A stretch of 32,000 bases of DNA from Candidatus Saccharimonadota bacterium (GCF_002243425.1 NZ_CP021172.1:120001-152000), one strand, 5' to 3'; positions 1 through 11,739 are shown, counted from the stretch's first letter. Notes: a model not told the origin generated them from the sequence alone. Numbers and translations are program-made.

Positions 1-1491
1 GATAAAAATAATGAATATATAATTGGTAATTTTGGATTAGGATTTTATTCATCTTTTCTGGTTTCTGATAAAGTAGAAATAATATCTAAATCTTATAAAG
101 ATTATGAAGATGCCATACATTGGATATGTGATGGAACTACTAATTTTTCTATTAAAAATATAGATAAACCTAAATCAGGGACTGAAATAAGACTTCATAT
201 TAATGATAGTTCTAAAGAATTTTTAGAAGAAAATAAAATAAAAGAATTACTAATTAAATACTGTAAATTTATGCCTATTCCTATAAAATTAGGAGAACGT
301 GAAGTAAATAACCCATATCCTTTGTGGGTAAAAAATCCAATAAATGTAAAAGATGAAGAATATATAAATTTTTATAAAGAACTTTATCCCCTGCAAATTG
401 CAGATCCTTTATTTTGGATCCATTTAAATATAGATCATCCTTTTAAACTAACTGGTGTACTTTTTTTTCCAAAAATTAAAAATCAAATAGAAATCCAAAG
501 AGATAAGATACAATTATATAAAAATAAAGTATATGTTACAGATAATTTAGAAGGTATAGTACCAGATTTTCTTAATCTTTTACAAGGTGTAATTGATTCT
601 CCAGATATTCCACTTAATGTATCTAGATCTTATCTTCAATCAGATTCATCTGTAAAACAAATTTCAGGTTATATTACAAGAAAAGTAGCTGAGAAGCTTG
701 AAAATATGTGTAAAAATAATCGTGAAGATTTTGAAAACAATTGGGAGGATATCAAAATCATTATAGAATATGGAATGATTAGCGACTCAAATTTTTATTC
801 AAAAGCAAAAAAATTTGCTTTATATCCTGATATAAATAAGAAATCTTTTCTATTAGAAGAATATATAAAAAAAGCAAAGAAATTTAAAAATAATAAAATT
901 ATTTGTTTTTATACTTCTAACATAGAAAATCAAAATTCTTATATAAAAACAATAAAAAATAAAGGATATAAAATTTTATTACTAGATAGTCCTATTGTTG
1001 GACATTTACTACAAAAAATAGAAATGGATTATAAAAATCTAAATTTTTTTAGAGTAGATTCAGATCAAATAGATCAAATTTTAAAAAATGAAAATCAAAA
1101 TATTTCTAACCTTTCAAAAGAAGAAACAAATATTTTAGAAAATATTTTAAAAACAAATATTGACAATCATAAATTTATAATAAAAATAGAAGATTTATCT
1201 GATTTTTCATTACCATTTCTTATAACTGTTCCTGAATTTATTAGACGTATGAAAGAAATAAGTATGACTGGGAATAATCTGTTTAATATTAACAATCTTA
1301 ATTCTAAATATAATCTTATTGTTAATAAAAATCATAAATTGATAAAAAAAATAATAAATGAAAAAGATTTAAATATTAAAAAAAATCTTATAAAGAATTC
1401 ATTACATTTGATAATGTTATCACAAAATCTATTAAGAGGGAAAGAATTAACAGATTTTATCTATAACAGTTTTGAAATGCTTTCAAAATAA
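1..1491 (+). CDS. htpG: Molecular chaperone HtpG (Hsp90 family), 5' end cut by window edge
   Basis: Frame 1 is open from base 1 (DKNNEYIIGNFGLGFYSSFLVSDKVEIISK..., the Hsp90 'IGxFGxGFYS' signature). It runs without a stop into the listed ORF 271-1491, so the listed ATG at 271 is internal. Stop TAA at 1489-1491. Confidence 0.9.
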   Translation, partial: DKNNEYIIGNFGLGFYSSFLVSDKVEIISKSYKDYEDAIHWICDGTTNFSIKNIDKPKSGTEIRLHINDSSKEFLEENKIKELLIKYCKFMPIPIKLGEREVNNPYPLWVKNPINVKDEEYINFYKELYPLQIADPLFWIHLNIDHPFKLTGVLFFPKIKNQIEIQRDKIQLYKNKVYVTDNLEGIVPDFLNLLQGVIDSPDIPLNVSRSYLQSDSSVKQISGYITRKVAEKLENMCKNNREDFENNWEDIKIIIEYGMISDSNFYSKAKKFALYPDINKKSFLLEEYIKKAKKFKNNKIICFYTSNIENQNSYIKTIKNKGYKILLLDSPIVGHLLQKIEMDYKNLNFFRVDSDQIDQILKNENQNISNLSKEETNILENILKTNIDNHKFIIKIEDLSDFSLPFLITVPEFIRRMKEISMTGNNLFNINNLNSKYNLIVNKNHKLIKKIINEKDLNIKKNLIKNSLHLIMLSQNLLRGKELTDFIYNSFEMLSK

Positions 1492-2769
1492 TCATATGAT
1501 TTTACAAATCAGATTTCCACAATCATCTACATTTAATAATGTAACATTTTTAATGTTATTTACTAAATCTGATTTCCAAATTGTTTTAGTTCTAATATAA
1601 TTATCTGTATATCCATATATATATCCTGATTTATTTTTATTTTCGAATAAAACATTACTTTTTTTGTTTATTTGTTTTATATAAAATATTTTTTTTTTTT
1701 CTTTTGAAAGTCTTATAAAGATTTTATTTCTTTTATAACGTATTTTTTTAGGAATTGAATTATTCATAATAAAAGCTTTTGTATTTATTCTTTCAGAATA
1801 AGAAAATACATGTAAATAAGAGATATTTATTTCAGATAATAATGAATAAGTTTCTATAAAATTTTTTTCTTTTTCTCCTGGAAATCCTACTATTACATCT
1901 GAGCCTATACAAGCAAAGGGCATAATATTTAATATTTTTTTTATTCTTTCTAAATAAAGATTTTTAGAATACCTTCTTTTCATTTTATTTAATATTTCAT
2001 CACTACCAGATTGTAACGGTATATGAAAATGATTAACAAAAATCTTACTTTTATATATAAAATTAATTATATCATCACTTAATAAATTAGGTTCAATTGA
2101 TGAAATTCTAATTCTAAAATCATCCTGTTCAGTAAGAGATGACTCCATAGTTTTAATTAATTCTAATAAATTATGTTTTCCATAATCTCCTATATTAACA
2201 CCAGTTAATACTATTTCTTTTATACCTTGTTTAATCAGATTTTTAGCATAAAAAATAATATTTTTGATATTATCAGATATTGAAAAACCTCTAGCTTTAG
2301 GTATAGTACAGTAACTACATTTATAATCACAACCATCTTGTATTTTTAAATAAGAACGTGTATGATTTAATCTTGAATATGATGGAATATAAAGATTCTT
2401 ATCTTTTAAAGAAAGATATTTATTTTTATAAATTTTTTTTAAATGATTAATTATATTAAATTTTTCTTTTGATCCAATGATTAAATCTATCCCAGAGATT
2501 AATGAGATTTCTTTTGGATTTACTTGTGAATAACAACCTATAGCTACTATAAATGCGTTAACATTATTATTAATAGCAATACGTACAAGTTTTTTTAGTT
2601 CTTTTTCAGCATTTTTTGTTACTGAACATGTATTTATTATGTATAAATCAGCATAAGATATAAATTTTACATATTCATATCCTTTTTTTAAAAATTTATT
2701 TATTATTGTATCTGTTTCTGCAAAATTTAGTTTACATCCTAATGTATAAAAAGCAACTTTATTTAACAT
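1492..2769 (-). CDS. mtaB: Radical-SAM methylthiotransferase, MtaB-like (MiaB/RimO family)
   Basis: 425-aa ORF. The N-terminal UPF0004 domain (VAFYTLGCKLNFAETD...YIINTCSVT) resembles B. subtilis YqeV/MtaB as I recall it. Radical-SAM CxxxCxxC motif (GCDYKCSYCTIP). Subfamily assignment is from memory. Confidence 0.75.
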   Translation of the reverse strand: MLNKVAFYTLGCKLNFAETDTIINKFLKKGYEYVKFISYADLYIINTCSVTKNAEKELKKLVRIAINNNVNAFIVAIGCYSQVNPKEISLISGIDLIIGSKEKFNIINHLKKIYKNKYLSLKDKNLYIPSYSRLNHTRSYLKIQDGCDYKCSYCTIPKARGFSISDNIKNIIFYAKNLIKQGIKEIVLTGVNIGDYGKHNLLELIKTMESSLTEQDDFRIRISSIEPNLLSDDIINFIYKSKIFVNHFHIPLQSGSDEILNKMKRRYSKNLYLERIKKILNIMPFACIGSDVIVGFPGEKEKNFIETYSLLSEINISYLHVFSYSERINTKAFIMNNSIPKKIRYKRNKIFIRLSKEKKKIFYIKQINKKSNVLFENKNKSGYIYGYTDNYIRTKTIWKSDLVNNIKNVTLLNVDDCGNLICKII

Positions 2770-2781
2770 TTATTTAAAAAT

Positions 2782-5700
2782 TTAAATTAATGAATTATTC
2801 ATTTTACAATGAAAAAAAAATGTTAAAGACAATTTATTTAAATTATAAAAAAAATTATTAAATAATTTAAAAGCTTTTATTTTATAAATAATAATTGGAT
2901 CTTTTTGTTCATAAACTGAATATTGTGAATATTTGATTAAATCTTCCATATTATGGATATGGGTTTTCCATTTCTCATCTATAAAATATAGGATTATTTT
3001 TTTTTCAAGATTATTTATAATTTTGTATAAATTATTTTCCTCTTTCAAGAAAAGGATTCTATCATTTATATCATATGTAAAATATGATTTTCTTTTTTTT
3101 TTTTTACAACAAAATTTTTGATATGATTTTATATAAATAAGTTTTGATAAAATTTTATTTTTTCTAATATTATAATATTTATTTATTTTATAATATAATT
3201 TTTTTTTTATATCTTTTTTTTTTAAAAAAGTATTATAACTAATAATATTTTTAATATTCAAAATATTGAATAATTCTTCCTCAAACTCCATTTGATATTC
3301 ATTATTTGATTTACATTTACTATCTATCTTATCAACAATATTATATATTATATATGATGATAAATTTATATTTAATGCATTTCGGCGAAAAGCCGATAGA
3401 AATTTTCTTTGTTCATTTATTACAGAATCATATTCTAACAAACGTTTTCTAATACTAAAGTTATTTTCTTCTATTTTTTTTTGAGCAAGTTGTATAGAGT
3501 TACTAACCCCAGTTAGATACTCTCCTTTTTTATGACCTAATTTATCAAGTATTGTTGATATACGGTCTAATCCAAAAATACGCATTAAATCATCTTCCAA
3601 TGATAAATAAAATTTAGAACTCCCAGGATCTCCTTGACGCCCAGTACGACCTATTAATTGTCTATCAATACGTCTTGAATCATGTCTTTCAGTCCCAATT
3701 ATAGCTAATCCACCTATTTTTTTTACTTCATCAGAAATTTTTATATCTGTTCCTCTCCCTGCCATATTAGTTGCAATCGTTACTATACCAGATTTTCCAG
3801 CTTCTTCAATTATATAAGCTTCTTTTTTATGATGTTTTGCATTTAAAACATTATTCTTAATATTTCTAATATTTAATGACCTACTTATAAGTTCAGAGAT
3901 TTCAACAGAAGTTGTTCCAACTAATACAGGTCTTTTTTCATTTTTTGATAAAAAAATTATTTCATTTATAATTGCATTATATTTTTCTTTTTTAGTTCTA
4001 AAAAGAATATCTTCATAATTTTTTATTATAATTGGTTTATTGGTAGGAATAATTACTACGTCAAGATTATAAATTTTAATAAATTCTTCATATTCTGTTT
4101 CAGCAGTTCCCGTCATACCTGATAGTTTTTTATACATTCTAAAATAATTTTGCAATGTAATAGTAGCTAGTGGTTGGCTTGAATTTTCTATATTTACATT
4201 TTCTTTAGCCTCCAATGCTTGATGTAAACCATCTGAATAACGTTTTTCCTCTATAATTCTACCTGTTTGTTCATCTACTATTTTAACTTTATTATCTATA
4301 ACTAGATAATGTATATTTTTATAAAATAATGTGTAAGCTTTAATTAATTGATTGACAGTATGTATTTTCTCATATTTATTATAATAATTAGTTATTAATT
4401 CATTTTTTATAATTTCTTTTTGTGTTTTAGAAATTTTTAGACTTTCTAAGTCAATAAATTTTTCCTGTATATCAGGAAGTATAAAAAAATTAGGATCATT
4501 CATTTCTTCAGAAAGAAAATTCATTCCTTTTTCCGAAAACTCTACAGTATTATTTTTTTCATTTATAACAAAAAATAAATCTGAATCAACTAGATTTTTA
4601 TTATTATCTTGCATATAATAATATTCAGTATCTTCTAATATTTTTCTATTTTTTTTTTCTCCTAAAAACTTAATAAGAGGTTTATATTTAGGTAAACCTC
4701 TATAAACTTTAAGAAGGTTTAATCCACCTTCTTTTTCATTCCCTGAAATAATTTTCTCACGAGATAAATTAAAAATTTTATTTAAAAAATAAAGTTGTTT
4801 CTTAAACAGTTTTTTTACTTTGTCTTTTAACAAATAATAATTTGAATTAACTTGCCCTGATACCCCTGATATTATTAATGGTGTCTGGGCTTCATCTATT
4901 AAAACAGAATCTATTTCATCTAGAATTGCATAATTCAATTCTCTTTGTATTAAGTTTTTACATGAATAAACCATATTATCACGTAAATAATCAAATACAA
5001 ATTCATTATTTGTACCATATGTAACATCTGCTTCATATGCTTTACGACGTAAATATGAATTTTTTTTATATAAATCTATACAATCTACAGTTAAACCATG
5101 AAATTCCATAATAGGGGCCATCCATTCACTATCACGTTTAGCTAAATATTCATTTACGGTTACTACATGAACTCCTTTTCCAGTAAGAGCATTTAAATAA
5201 ATAGGTAAAGTAGCTACTAAGGTTTTACCTTCACCAGTATACATTTCTGCTATTTTTCCTTGATGTAATACAATCCCTCCCATTAACTGTACATCATAAT
5301 GTATCATATTCCATATCAACTCTTTACCCATATAACTCCATTTATTATTCCAAATAGTTTTTCCTCCTCTTAATTCTAAATAAGATCTACTTTTAGAAAG
5401 TCTATAATCTAATTCATTAGATGTAACTATTATTTGTTGATTTTCTTTAAACCTTTTTGCTGTTTCTTTTACTACTGCAAATGCTTCAGGAAGTAATTCT
5501 AGTAAAATTTTTTCTTCTTCTTTAGAAATCTGATTTTGAATTTCTTCTATTTCAGATAGAAGAAATTGATTTTCATGCATTTCCTCAATAGAAATAAAAT
5601 TTTTATAAATTAGTTTTTTTTGTAAACCAAATTTTTTTTCATAAAGAGATTTGGTTTTTTTTTTTATTCTTCTTTTAAAATAAAAAGTTTTATTTCTTAA

Positions 5701-5832
5701 TTCATCATTTGAATATAATTTTAACTTACCCCCAAAAAAATTTATTTTGTTTAAAACAATTTTTAATTCTTTAATTTCTATTTTATTTTTTTTTTTAAAA
5801 AAATAATTAATTATATTATTTATATATATCAT
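2782..5832 (-). CDS. secA: Preprotein translocase ATPase SecA
   Basis: 1016-aa ORF with SecA motor motifs ([60 protein letters not shown]). Confidence 0.95.
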   Translation of the reverse strand: MIYINNIINYFFKKKNKIEIKELKIVLNKINFFGGKLKLYSNDELRNKTFYFKRRIKKKTKSLYEKKFGLQKKLIYKNFISIEEMHENQFLLSEIEEIQNQISKEEEKILLELLPEAFAVVKETAKRFKENQQIIVTSNELDYRLSKSRSYLELRGGKTIWNNKWSYMGKELIWNMIHYDVQLMGGIVLHQGKIAEMYTGEGKTLVATLPIYLNALTGKGVHVVTVNEYLAKRDSEWMAPIMEFHGLTVDCIDLYKKNSYLRRKAYEADVTYGTNNEFVFDYLRDNMVYSCKNLIQRELNYAILDEIDSVLIDEAQTPLIISGVSGQVNSNYYLLKDKVKKLFKKQLYFLNKIFNLSREKIISGNEKEGGLNLLKVYRGLPKYKPLIKFLGEKKNRKILEDTEYYYMQDNNKNLVDSDLFFVINEKNNTVEFSEKGMNFLSEEMNDPNFFILPDIQEKFIDLESLKISKTQKEIIKNELITNYYNKYEKIHTVNQLIKAYTLFYKNIHYLVIDNKVKIVDEQTGRIIEEKRYSDGLHQALEAKENVNIENSSQPLATITLQNYFRMYKKLSGMTGTAETEYEEFIKIYNLDVVIIPTNKPIIIKNYEDILFRTKKEKYNAIINEIIFLSKNEKRPVLVGTTSVEISELISRSLNIRNIKNNVLNAKHHKKEAYIIEEAGKSGIVTIATNMAGRGTDIKISDEVKKIGGLAIIGTERHDSRRIDRQLIGRTGRQGDPGSSKFYLSLEDDLMRIFGLDRISTILDKLGHKKGEYLTGVSNSIQLAQKKIEENNFSIRKRLLEYDSVINEQRKFLSAFRRNALNINLSSYIIYNIVDKIDSKCKSNNEYQMEFEEELFNILNIKNIISYNTFLKKKDIKKKLYYKINKYYNIRKNKILSKLIYIKSYQKFCCKKKKRKSYFTYDINDRILFLKEENNLYKIINNLEKKIILYFIDEKWKTHIHNMEDLIKYSQYSVYEQKDPIIIYKIKAFKLFNNFFYNLNKLSLTFFFHCKMNNSLI

Positions 5833-5886
5833 CTATTTGAAAAGTTTTTAATATTCATCTTTATTAAAAACTACTATAACTTATAT

Positions 5887-5918
5887 ATTTAAATATAATA
5901 ATATTTAAATATAATAAT
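5887..5918. repeat. Perfect 16-bp tandem duplication (atttaaatataataat x2, partial third copy) in the secA/rplS divergent spacer
   Basis: Read directly: 5887-5902 is identical to 5903-5918, followed by atttaat. It ends 11 nt before the rplS ATG. Confidence 0.85.
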
Positions 5919-5929
5919 ATTTAATAAAT

Positions 5930-6229
5930 ATGATTAATAAAATTAATTTTAGAAAATTAAATTCTGGAGATAATATAACAGTTTATTATTCAATAATTGA
6001 AGGAGAAAAGAAAAGAATACAATCCTTTAAAGGAGTAATAATTAAAATTAAATTACAAACTTTTACTGTACGTAAAATTAGTGGAGAAATAGGTGTAGAA
6101 AGAATATTTAATATTAATCAAACTTCAATAAAAAAAGTTATTTTAAATAAAAAAGGTAAAGTACGTAAATCTAAAATTTATTATTTTATAAAATTAAAAG
6201 GCAAAAAAGCTAAAATTAAAGAAAAATAA
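5930..6229 (+). CDS. rplS: 50S ribosomal protein L19
   Basis: 99-aa ORF with typical bL19 pattern and size (GDNITVYYSIIEGEKKRIQSFKGVIIKIK...FTVRKISGEIGVERIF). Confidence 0.9.
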   Translation: MINKINFRKLNSGDNITVYYSIIEGEKKRIQSFKGVIIKIKLQTFTVRKISGEIGVERIFNINQTSIKKVILNKKGKVRKSKIYYFIKLKGKKAKIKEK

Positions 6230-6232
6230 TAT

Positions 6233-6529
6233 ATGTCATTAAAAATAACAGAAAAATGTATTAATTGTGGTGCTTGTGAACCAGAATGTCCTAATAATGC
6301 AATTTATGAAGGATCTAAAGAATGTACAGATGGAACTAAAAAAAATTATTACTATTTTATAGTCCCAGAAAAATGTACAGAATGTTTAGGATTTTATGAT
6401 GAACCTCAATGTGCTTCTGTATGTCCAGTAGATTGTTGTATCTTAGATGAAGAAAATCATGAATCTGAGGAAGACCTTTTTAAAAAAATAAATTACGTTA
6501 GAAATTTGGATATATGCAAACAGTCCTAA
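6233..6529 (+). CDS. 4Fe-4S dicluster-type ferredoxin
   Basis: 98-aa ORF with [12 protein letters not shown] and CTEC...C...CP cysteine motifs. Starts 3 nt after rplS. Confidence 0.85.
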   Translation: MSLKITEKCINCGACEPECPNNAIYEGSKECTDGTKKNYYYFIVPEKCTECLGFYDEPQCASVCPVDCCILDEENHESEEDLFKKINYVRNLDICKQS

Positions 6530-6726
6530 TAAGATGATTGAAAATGATAAAAAAATATACTGTTATAAGAGGACTTAAAAATGCTAAAATATATCATACA
6601 TTATTAATGATAGTACCTTTTCTATTAAGTATAATATATGTATTTATAACATATAAAAGTATTATTAATAATTCCTACAATTAGTCATTTAAAAAATAAA
6701 TATCATGAGCTCAATATAGCTAGGTT

Positions 6727-8037
6727 TTATAAATTTAATAACCACTTTTTAAAAGTGTCATATTTATTACTCAATTGTATACTTTTTTTTTCTTTTTTTA
6801 GAAGCTTTATTACTTTCTTTTCTAAAGAAATTTTTTTATCTATTCCCTTAGGAATTTTATCTAAAAATTTCACTGGATCTGCTGTTGATAAAAAAATATT
6901 TTTTTGATTATTTTTTTTATTATTTTTTTTATTTTTAATAAATTGTTTTAAACCTAAATATCCAATTGCACTATGTGGATCCATAATATATTTATAATTT
7001 TCCCAAATTGATTTTATAATCTCAAATGTTTCTTTATCAGAAAAAGAATATGCAGATACAAGTTTTTTTATATTATTTACATTTTTAAACATGTACATTA
7101 TACGACTAAAATTACTTGGATCAGATATATCCATAGCATTAGAAATTGTTTCTTGTGTAGGATATGGATTATAAATCCCTGTTCTTAACAATCTGGGAAT
7201 TGTGTCATTTATATTTGTAGCTGCAATAAACTGTTTTACTGGTAAACCCATTTTAAATGCTATTAACCCTGCACATAGATTTCCAAAATTACCACTAGGT
7301 ATAGAAATAATAAGTTTATCATGAATTGGAAGTAAAAGTTTATAACACATAAAATAATAAAATATTTGAGATAGTAAACGTGCAATATTTATTGAATTTG
7401 CTGAGGTTATAAATAAATTTTCACGTATTTGGTTGTCAGAAAAAGCTTTTTTTACCAACATTTGGCAGTCATCAAAATTACCTTTTATTTCTAAAGCTAG
7501 AATATTATTTCCTAATGTTGTAATCTGTTTTTCTTGTAAAATACTTATTTTAGAAGAAGGATATAATATAACTACTTTTACACCATCAATTTTATTGAAA
7601 GCATTAGCTACTGCAGCTCCTGTATCACCAGAAGTAGCAGTAAGTATTATAATGTTTTTACTAAGTTCTTTACAAAAATATTTTATACATCCTGACATAA
7701 ATTTTACCCCTATATCTTTAAAAGCCATAGTAGGTCCTAAAAATAACTCTAATGAGTAAATATTATCATAAATATTATTAAGATTTATTTTAAAATTTAC
7801 TGTATTAGATATTATATTTAATAATTCTTTATGTGGAATTTCATTTCCAATGAAAGGTTGGATTACTTCCATCATTAAATTATGTTCATCATAATTTGAT
7901 ATATTTTTTATAATTTTTTTGTTTAAAACTGGTAAATTTTCAGGAAAATACAAACCTTTTTCTGGACTTTGTCCAGTTAAAACAGCTTCCTTAAAAGAAA
8001 CTTTATAGTTAAAATTTTTTAAACTTTTATACAGCAT
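6727..8037 (-). CDS. thrC: Threonine synthase
   Basis: 436-aa ORF. PLP-lysine region FLGPTMAFKDIG and TSGDTGAA. Last gene of a thrA-thrB-thrC string on the minus strand. Confidence 0.9.
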   Translation of the reverse strand: MLYKSLKNFNYKVSFKEAVLTGQSPEKGLYFPENLPVLNKKIIKNISNYDEHNLMMEVIQPFIGNEIPHKELLNIISNTVNFKINLNNIYDNIYSLELFLGPTMAFKDIGVKFMSGCIKYFCKELSKNIIILTATSGDTGAAVANAFNKIDGVKVVILYPSSKISILQEKQITTLGNNILALEIKGNFDDCQMLVKKAFSDNQIRENLFITSANSINIARLLSQIFYYFMCYKLLLPIHDKLIISIPSGNFGNLCAGLIAFKMGLPVKQFIAATNINDTIPRLLRTGIYNPYPTQETISNAMDISDPSNFSRIMYMFKNVNNIKKLVSAYSFSDKETFEIIKSIWENYKYIMDPHSAIGYLGLKQFIKNKKNNKKNNQKNIFLSTADPVKFLDKIPKGIDKKISLEKKVIKLLKKEKKSIQLSNKYDTFKKWLLNL

Positions 8038-8045
8038 AATCTAAT

Positions 8046-8978
8046 TTAGATTAATTCATAATATACAATTCCAGTTCTATTAATAGAAGAAGTATAAATT
8101 TTATAATTTAATTCTAATTTAGAATAAATATGTTCCATAACATTAGTTACTAATTCTGCTTTTTTTTTTCCATTACTTAACATAAATACAGAAGGGCCAG
8201 AACCAGAAATTCCTCCCCCTAAAGCACCTATTGATTTACATTTAATTTTTAATTCATTAAAAGCTGGTATTAATATAGCACGTATAGGTTCTATAATTAC
8301 ATCATCTAATGATCTACTTATCATATCATAATCTTCTTTATATAATCCTGCTATTAAAGCACCTAAATTACCCCATTGTTTGATTGCCTCAGTAATTAAT
8401 ATTTTATGTTTTAATATCTCTCTCGCATCAGATGTTTTTATTTCTATTTCTGGATGAAGAATACTAACCCAAATCTTATCTGGTGAACGTAAAGAAATTA
8501 TATCTAAGGGTTTATAACTTCTAATTAATGTTATTCCTCCAATAATAGCTGGAGCAACATTATCTGCATGAGGAACCCCTCCAGCTAATCTTTCACCTTC
8601 CATAGCAAATTTAATTAAATCTTTTTTTTTAAAAGTATTTCCTAATAAATAGTTAGCTCCTACTACAATTCCTGCTGCACTAGCTGCACTAGAACCTATA
8701 CCACTTCCTGGTTGTATATTTTTAGAAATTTCTATATCAAATCCTATATTTGATTTCTTAATCTTATTTAATAAAGCTTGTAAGGCAATACTAATTACAT
8801 TTTTTTTTATATTTTTAGATAAATTAGCTCCAAAAATTTTTTGTATTCTTATTCCAGGTATATCTGTTATTTTTATTATGATTTCATCATTAGGTATATT
8901 TACGGCTAAGCCTAGAACATCAAATCCACAAACTATATTTGCTATAGTTGCAGGAGCAATTACTTTTATTATATTCAT
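8046..8978 (-). CDS. thrB: Homoserine kinase
   Basis: 310-aa ORF. GHMP-kinase motif PGSGIGSSAASAAG. N-terminus VIAPATIANIVCGFDVLG is typical of ThrB. Confidence 0.9.
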   Translation of the reverse strand: MNIIKVIAPATIANIVCGFDVLGLAVNIPNDEIIIKITDIPGIRIQKIFGANLSKNIKKNVISIALQALLNKIKKSNIGFDIEISKNIQPGSGIGSSAASAAGIVVGANYLLGNTFKKKDLIKFAMEGERLAGGVPHADNVAPAIIGGITLIRSYKPLDIISLRSPDKIWVSILHPEIEIKTSDAREILKHKILITEAIKQWGNLGALIAGLYKEDYDMISRSLDDVIIEPIRAILIPAFNELKIKCKSIGALGGGISGSGPSVFMLSNGKKKAELVTNVMEHIYSKLELNYKIYTSSINRTGIVYYELI

Positions 8979-8989
8979 TTGAATCTCTT

Positions 8990-11446
8990 TTAAGATTTAC
9001 TAGCTTTAATTATATCTGACAATACTCCAGATGCAGTAACCTCGGCACCTGCCCCGGCACCTTTTATAATTAAAGGTTGTTCACTATATCTATGTGTATT
9101 ATATAATACCATATTATCTTTACCTTCAAGGTTAAAAAATGGATGATCAACTCCTATTGACTTTAAACCTACATATGCATTCCCATTTTCATATTTAGCT
9201 ATAAAACGTAATTTTTTACCTGTTTTAACAGTTTTTTCACGTATTTCATAAAAATAATTATTATATTTTTCTAAAATAGAATAAAAATTATCTATTGAAG
9301 TAGATTTTAAACATTCTTCAGGTAAAAAATTTGTTTTATATATATTTTCTAATTCTAGATTAGATCCACATTCACGAGCTAATATCAAGATTTTTCTCAT
9401 TACATCTATTCCACTAAGATCTAGACGTGGATCTGGTTCTGTATATCCAAACTTTTGTGCTTCTATTACAACTTCAAAAAAGTTTTTATTATAAATAAAT
9501 TTATTAAAAATAAAATTTAAACTACCAGAAAGTACAGCCTCAATTTTATATATTTTATCGCCACTATTTATTAAATCATTAAGTGTACTAATAACAGGTA
9601 AACTAGCTCCTACATTAGTTTCAAATAAAAATGGGGAATTAAAATTTATTGATAATTCTTTAAGTTTTTTATAATAATAATAATTTGATGAACATGCTAT
9701 TTTATTACATGTAATAACACCTATTCCTTTCTTTAAAAAATTTTCATATATCATAGCAATATTACTATCTGCAGTATTATCAACAAATATACTATTTCTA
9801 AGATTCATTTCATACATTATTTCAATAAATCTTTTTAAATACATATCATAAGAACTATTTTTTAAATAACATTTATATTTATTTATATTTATTCCATTTT
9901 TTTTAAAAATCATTTTTTTACTATTTGCTAAACCAATTACTCTTAATTGAATTTTAAATTCTTTATTTAAATATTTTTTTTGTTGATTTATTTGACCTAA
10001 AAGATTACTTCCTACTTTTCCTAATCCTATTATAAATAAATTTATTTGTTTACTGGGGGTTTCAAAAAATTCTTCATGTAAAAGATTTAGTGCCTTTTTT
10101 AAATCTGGTTTTTTTATAACAACTGAAATATTTTTTTCAGTTGAGCCTTGAACTATAGCTCGTATATTAATACTATTTTTCCCCATAGCACTAAATATTT
10201 TACCACTTGTCCCATGCTTCATATTTTCTCCTACAATAGCTATAATACATAAATCTTTTTCTAGATAAAGGGGTTCTATACTTTTATTAGATATTTCTCT
10301 GTAAAATTCATTATCAATAACTATTTTAGCTTTTAAAACATCATTATCATGTATACCTACAGCAATAGAATGTTCTGATGAACTTTGGGTAATTAATACT
10401 ACATTAATTCGTTTCTCTGAAAGAGTCTTAAAAAGTCTTTTAGAATAACCAGGTATTCCTACCATTACACTACCTTCTAATGTTATTAATGATATTTGTT
10501 TCATTACAGAAATTCCAGTTACAGTCTTTTTTTTAATAAAACTTATATTCTTTATAAAAGATCCTGTTTTTTTTTCTTCAAAAATACTTTTAATTTTTAT
10601 AGGTATATTTTGTTCTATAACTGGTTGTAAAGTTGGAGGATATATTATTTTAGCACAAAAATGTGACAACTCCATTGCTTCTTCATATGATATATTTTTT
10701 ATAGTATAAGCTTGTGATACTAATTTAGGATCAGCTGTCATTATACCATTTACATTTGTCCATATTTCTAATAAATCTGCTTTTAAAGCAGAAGCAACAA
10801 TACATGCTATATAGTCTGAACCCCCTATTCCTAATGGAGTAGTTTTTACTTCTGATGAAAAAGCTATAAAACCTGGCAATATAATATATTGTGATTTTTC
10901 TTTTTTAAAAAAAGAAATAATTTTAGAATTACTTTTTTTTAAAAAAAAATTTGCACATCCAAACTCATAATCTTTTCTAATTAATTCTCTACTATCTTTC
11001 CATTTTACTTTTAAATCAAATTCTTTAATTTTTTCTGCTATTAAATAAGACGAATTTATCACTCCAAAACTAATTATATTATCTAATGAATCTTTTGATA
11101 ATTCTTCTACTTGAAAGATTCCATCACATAAATTTTCTAATATATTTAGATTTATTTTTAATCTACTAATTAGACAACTTTGGTTTTGTTTTAAAAACAA
11201 TTCATGTATTATATTTATATGTTTATATTCTATTAATTCTAATATTTTTTTGTAATCATTATTTCTTTTATAAGCTAATTCCCCACATTTAATTAAATTA
11301 TTTGTAATATTATATATAGCAGATATAATTATAGCATATTTTACATTATTTTTATAATTAATTAAAAAATTACATATTTTTTTTAGTGATTCACTATCAA
11401 CTAGTGAACTACTTCCAAACTTTAATACTTTTATAGCATTCGCCAT
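8990..11446 (-). CDS. thrA: Bifunctional aspartokinase / homoserine dehydrogenase
   Basis: 818-aa ORF. N-terminal aspartokinase (VLKFGSSSL), a central ACT-like region, and a C-terminal homoserine dehydrogenase with Rossmann motif (IIGLGKVGS). Confidence 0.9.
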   Translation of the reverse strand: MANAIKVLKFGSSSLVDSESLKKICNFLINYKNNVKYAIIISAIYNITNNLIKCGELAYKRNNDYKKILELIEYKHINIIHELFLKQNQSCLISRLKINLNILENLCDGIFQVEELSKDSLDNIISFGVINSSYLIAEKIKEFDLKVKWKDSRELIRKDYEFGCANFFLKKSNSKIISFFKKEKSQYIILPGFIAFSSEVKTTPLGIGGSDYIACIVASALKADLLEIWTNVNGIMTADPKLVSQAYTIKNISYEEAMELSHFCAKIIYPPTLQPVIEQNIPIKIKSIFEEKKTGSFIKNISFIKKKTVTGISVMKQISLITLEGSVMVGIPGYSKRLFKTLSEKRINVVLITQSSSEHSIAVGIHDNDVLKAKIVIDNEFYREISNKSIEPLYLEKDLCIIAIVGENMKHGTSGKIFSAMGKNSINIRAIVQGSTEKNISVVIKKPDLKKALNLLHEEFFETPSKQINLFIIGLGKVGSNLLGQINQQKKYLNKEFKIQLRVIGLANSKKMIFKKNGININKYKCYLKNSSYDMYLKRFIEIMYEMNLRNSIFVDNTADSNIAMIYENFLKKGIGVITCNKIACSSNYYYYKKLKELSINFNSPFLFETNVGASLPVISTLNDLINSGDKIYKIEAVLSGSLNFIFNKFIYNKNFFEVVIEAQKFGYTEPDPRLDLSGIDVMRKILILARECGSNLELENIYKTNFLPEECLKSTSIDNFYSILEKYNNYFYEIREKTVKTGKKLRFIAKYENGNAYVGLKSIGVDHPFFNLEGKDNMVLYNTHRYSEQPLIIKGAGAGAEVTASGVLSDIIKASKS

Positions 11447-11477
11447 TAGGTTTTAATATTTAATAGACTTTATTTCG

Positions 11478-11551
11478 TGATCACGACAGGATTTGAACCT
11501 GCAACATACTGCTTAGAAGGCAATTGCTCTATCCAATTGAGCTACGTGACC
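11478..11551 (-). tRNA. tRNA-Arg (anticodon TCT)
   Basis: Hand-folded cloverleaf on the minus strand. Acceptor ggtcacg/cgtgatc, anticodon stem attgc/gcagt with loop cTTCTaa, T-arm gcagg-ttcaaat-cctgt. No encoded CCA. Confidence 0.85.
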
Positions 11552-11578
11552 CATAAGTCGTATGTATTATATTTAAAG

Positions 11579-11653
11579 TCGGGATGATAGGATTCGAACC
11601 TACGACCTCCTGGTCCCAAACCAGGTGCGATTACCGTACTACGCTACATCCCG
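11579..11653 (-). tRNA. tRNA-Pro (anticodon TGG)
   Basis: Minus-strand cloverleaf. Acceptor cgggatg/catcccg, anticodon stem cctgg/ccagg with loop ttTGGga, T-arm gtagg-ttcgaat-cctat. Confidence 0.85.
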
Positions 11654-11656
11654 TTG

Positions 11657-11739
11657 CGGAGAGTGTGAGATTTGAACTCACGAAGCATATAGCTGACAGT
11701 TTAGCAAACTGTTCCGTTAACCCCCTCCGGCAACTCTCC
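11657..11739 (-). tRNA. tRNA-Ser (anticodon GCT), class II with long variable arm
   Basis: Minus-strand cloverleaf. Acceptor ggagagt/actctcc, anticodon stem acagt/actgt with loop ttGCTaa, long variable arm, T-arm gtgag-ttcaaat-ctcac. Its first base overlaps the maeB stop codon. Confidence 0.85.

Noticed and set aside
2933-3121. Listed ORFs lying antisense inside well-supported genes: 2933-3121, 7433-7759, 12199-12402, 14122-14355, 15366-15653, 15975-16250, 26084-26332 and 27433-27645.
   Set aside because: Each is fully contained within, and opposite to, a gene with clear family motifs (secA, thrC, maeB, der, lipA, sucD, dapA, prfB). Their Phe/Ile/Leu-rich sequences are what the complement of Lys/Asn/Ile-rich genes yields. 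They are shadow ORFs.
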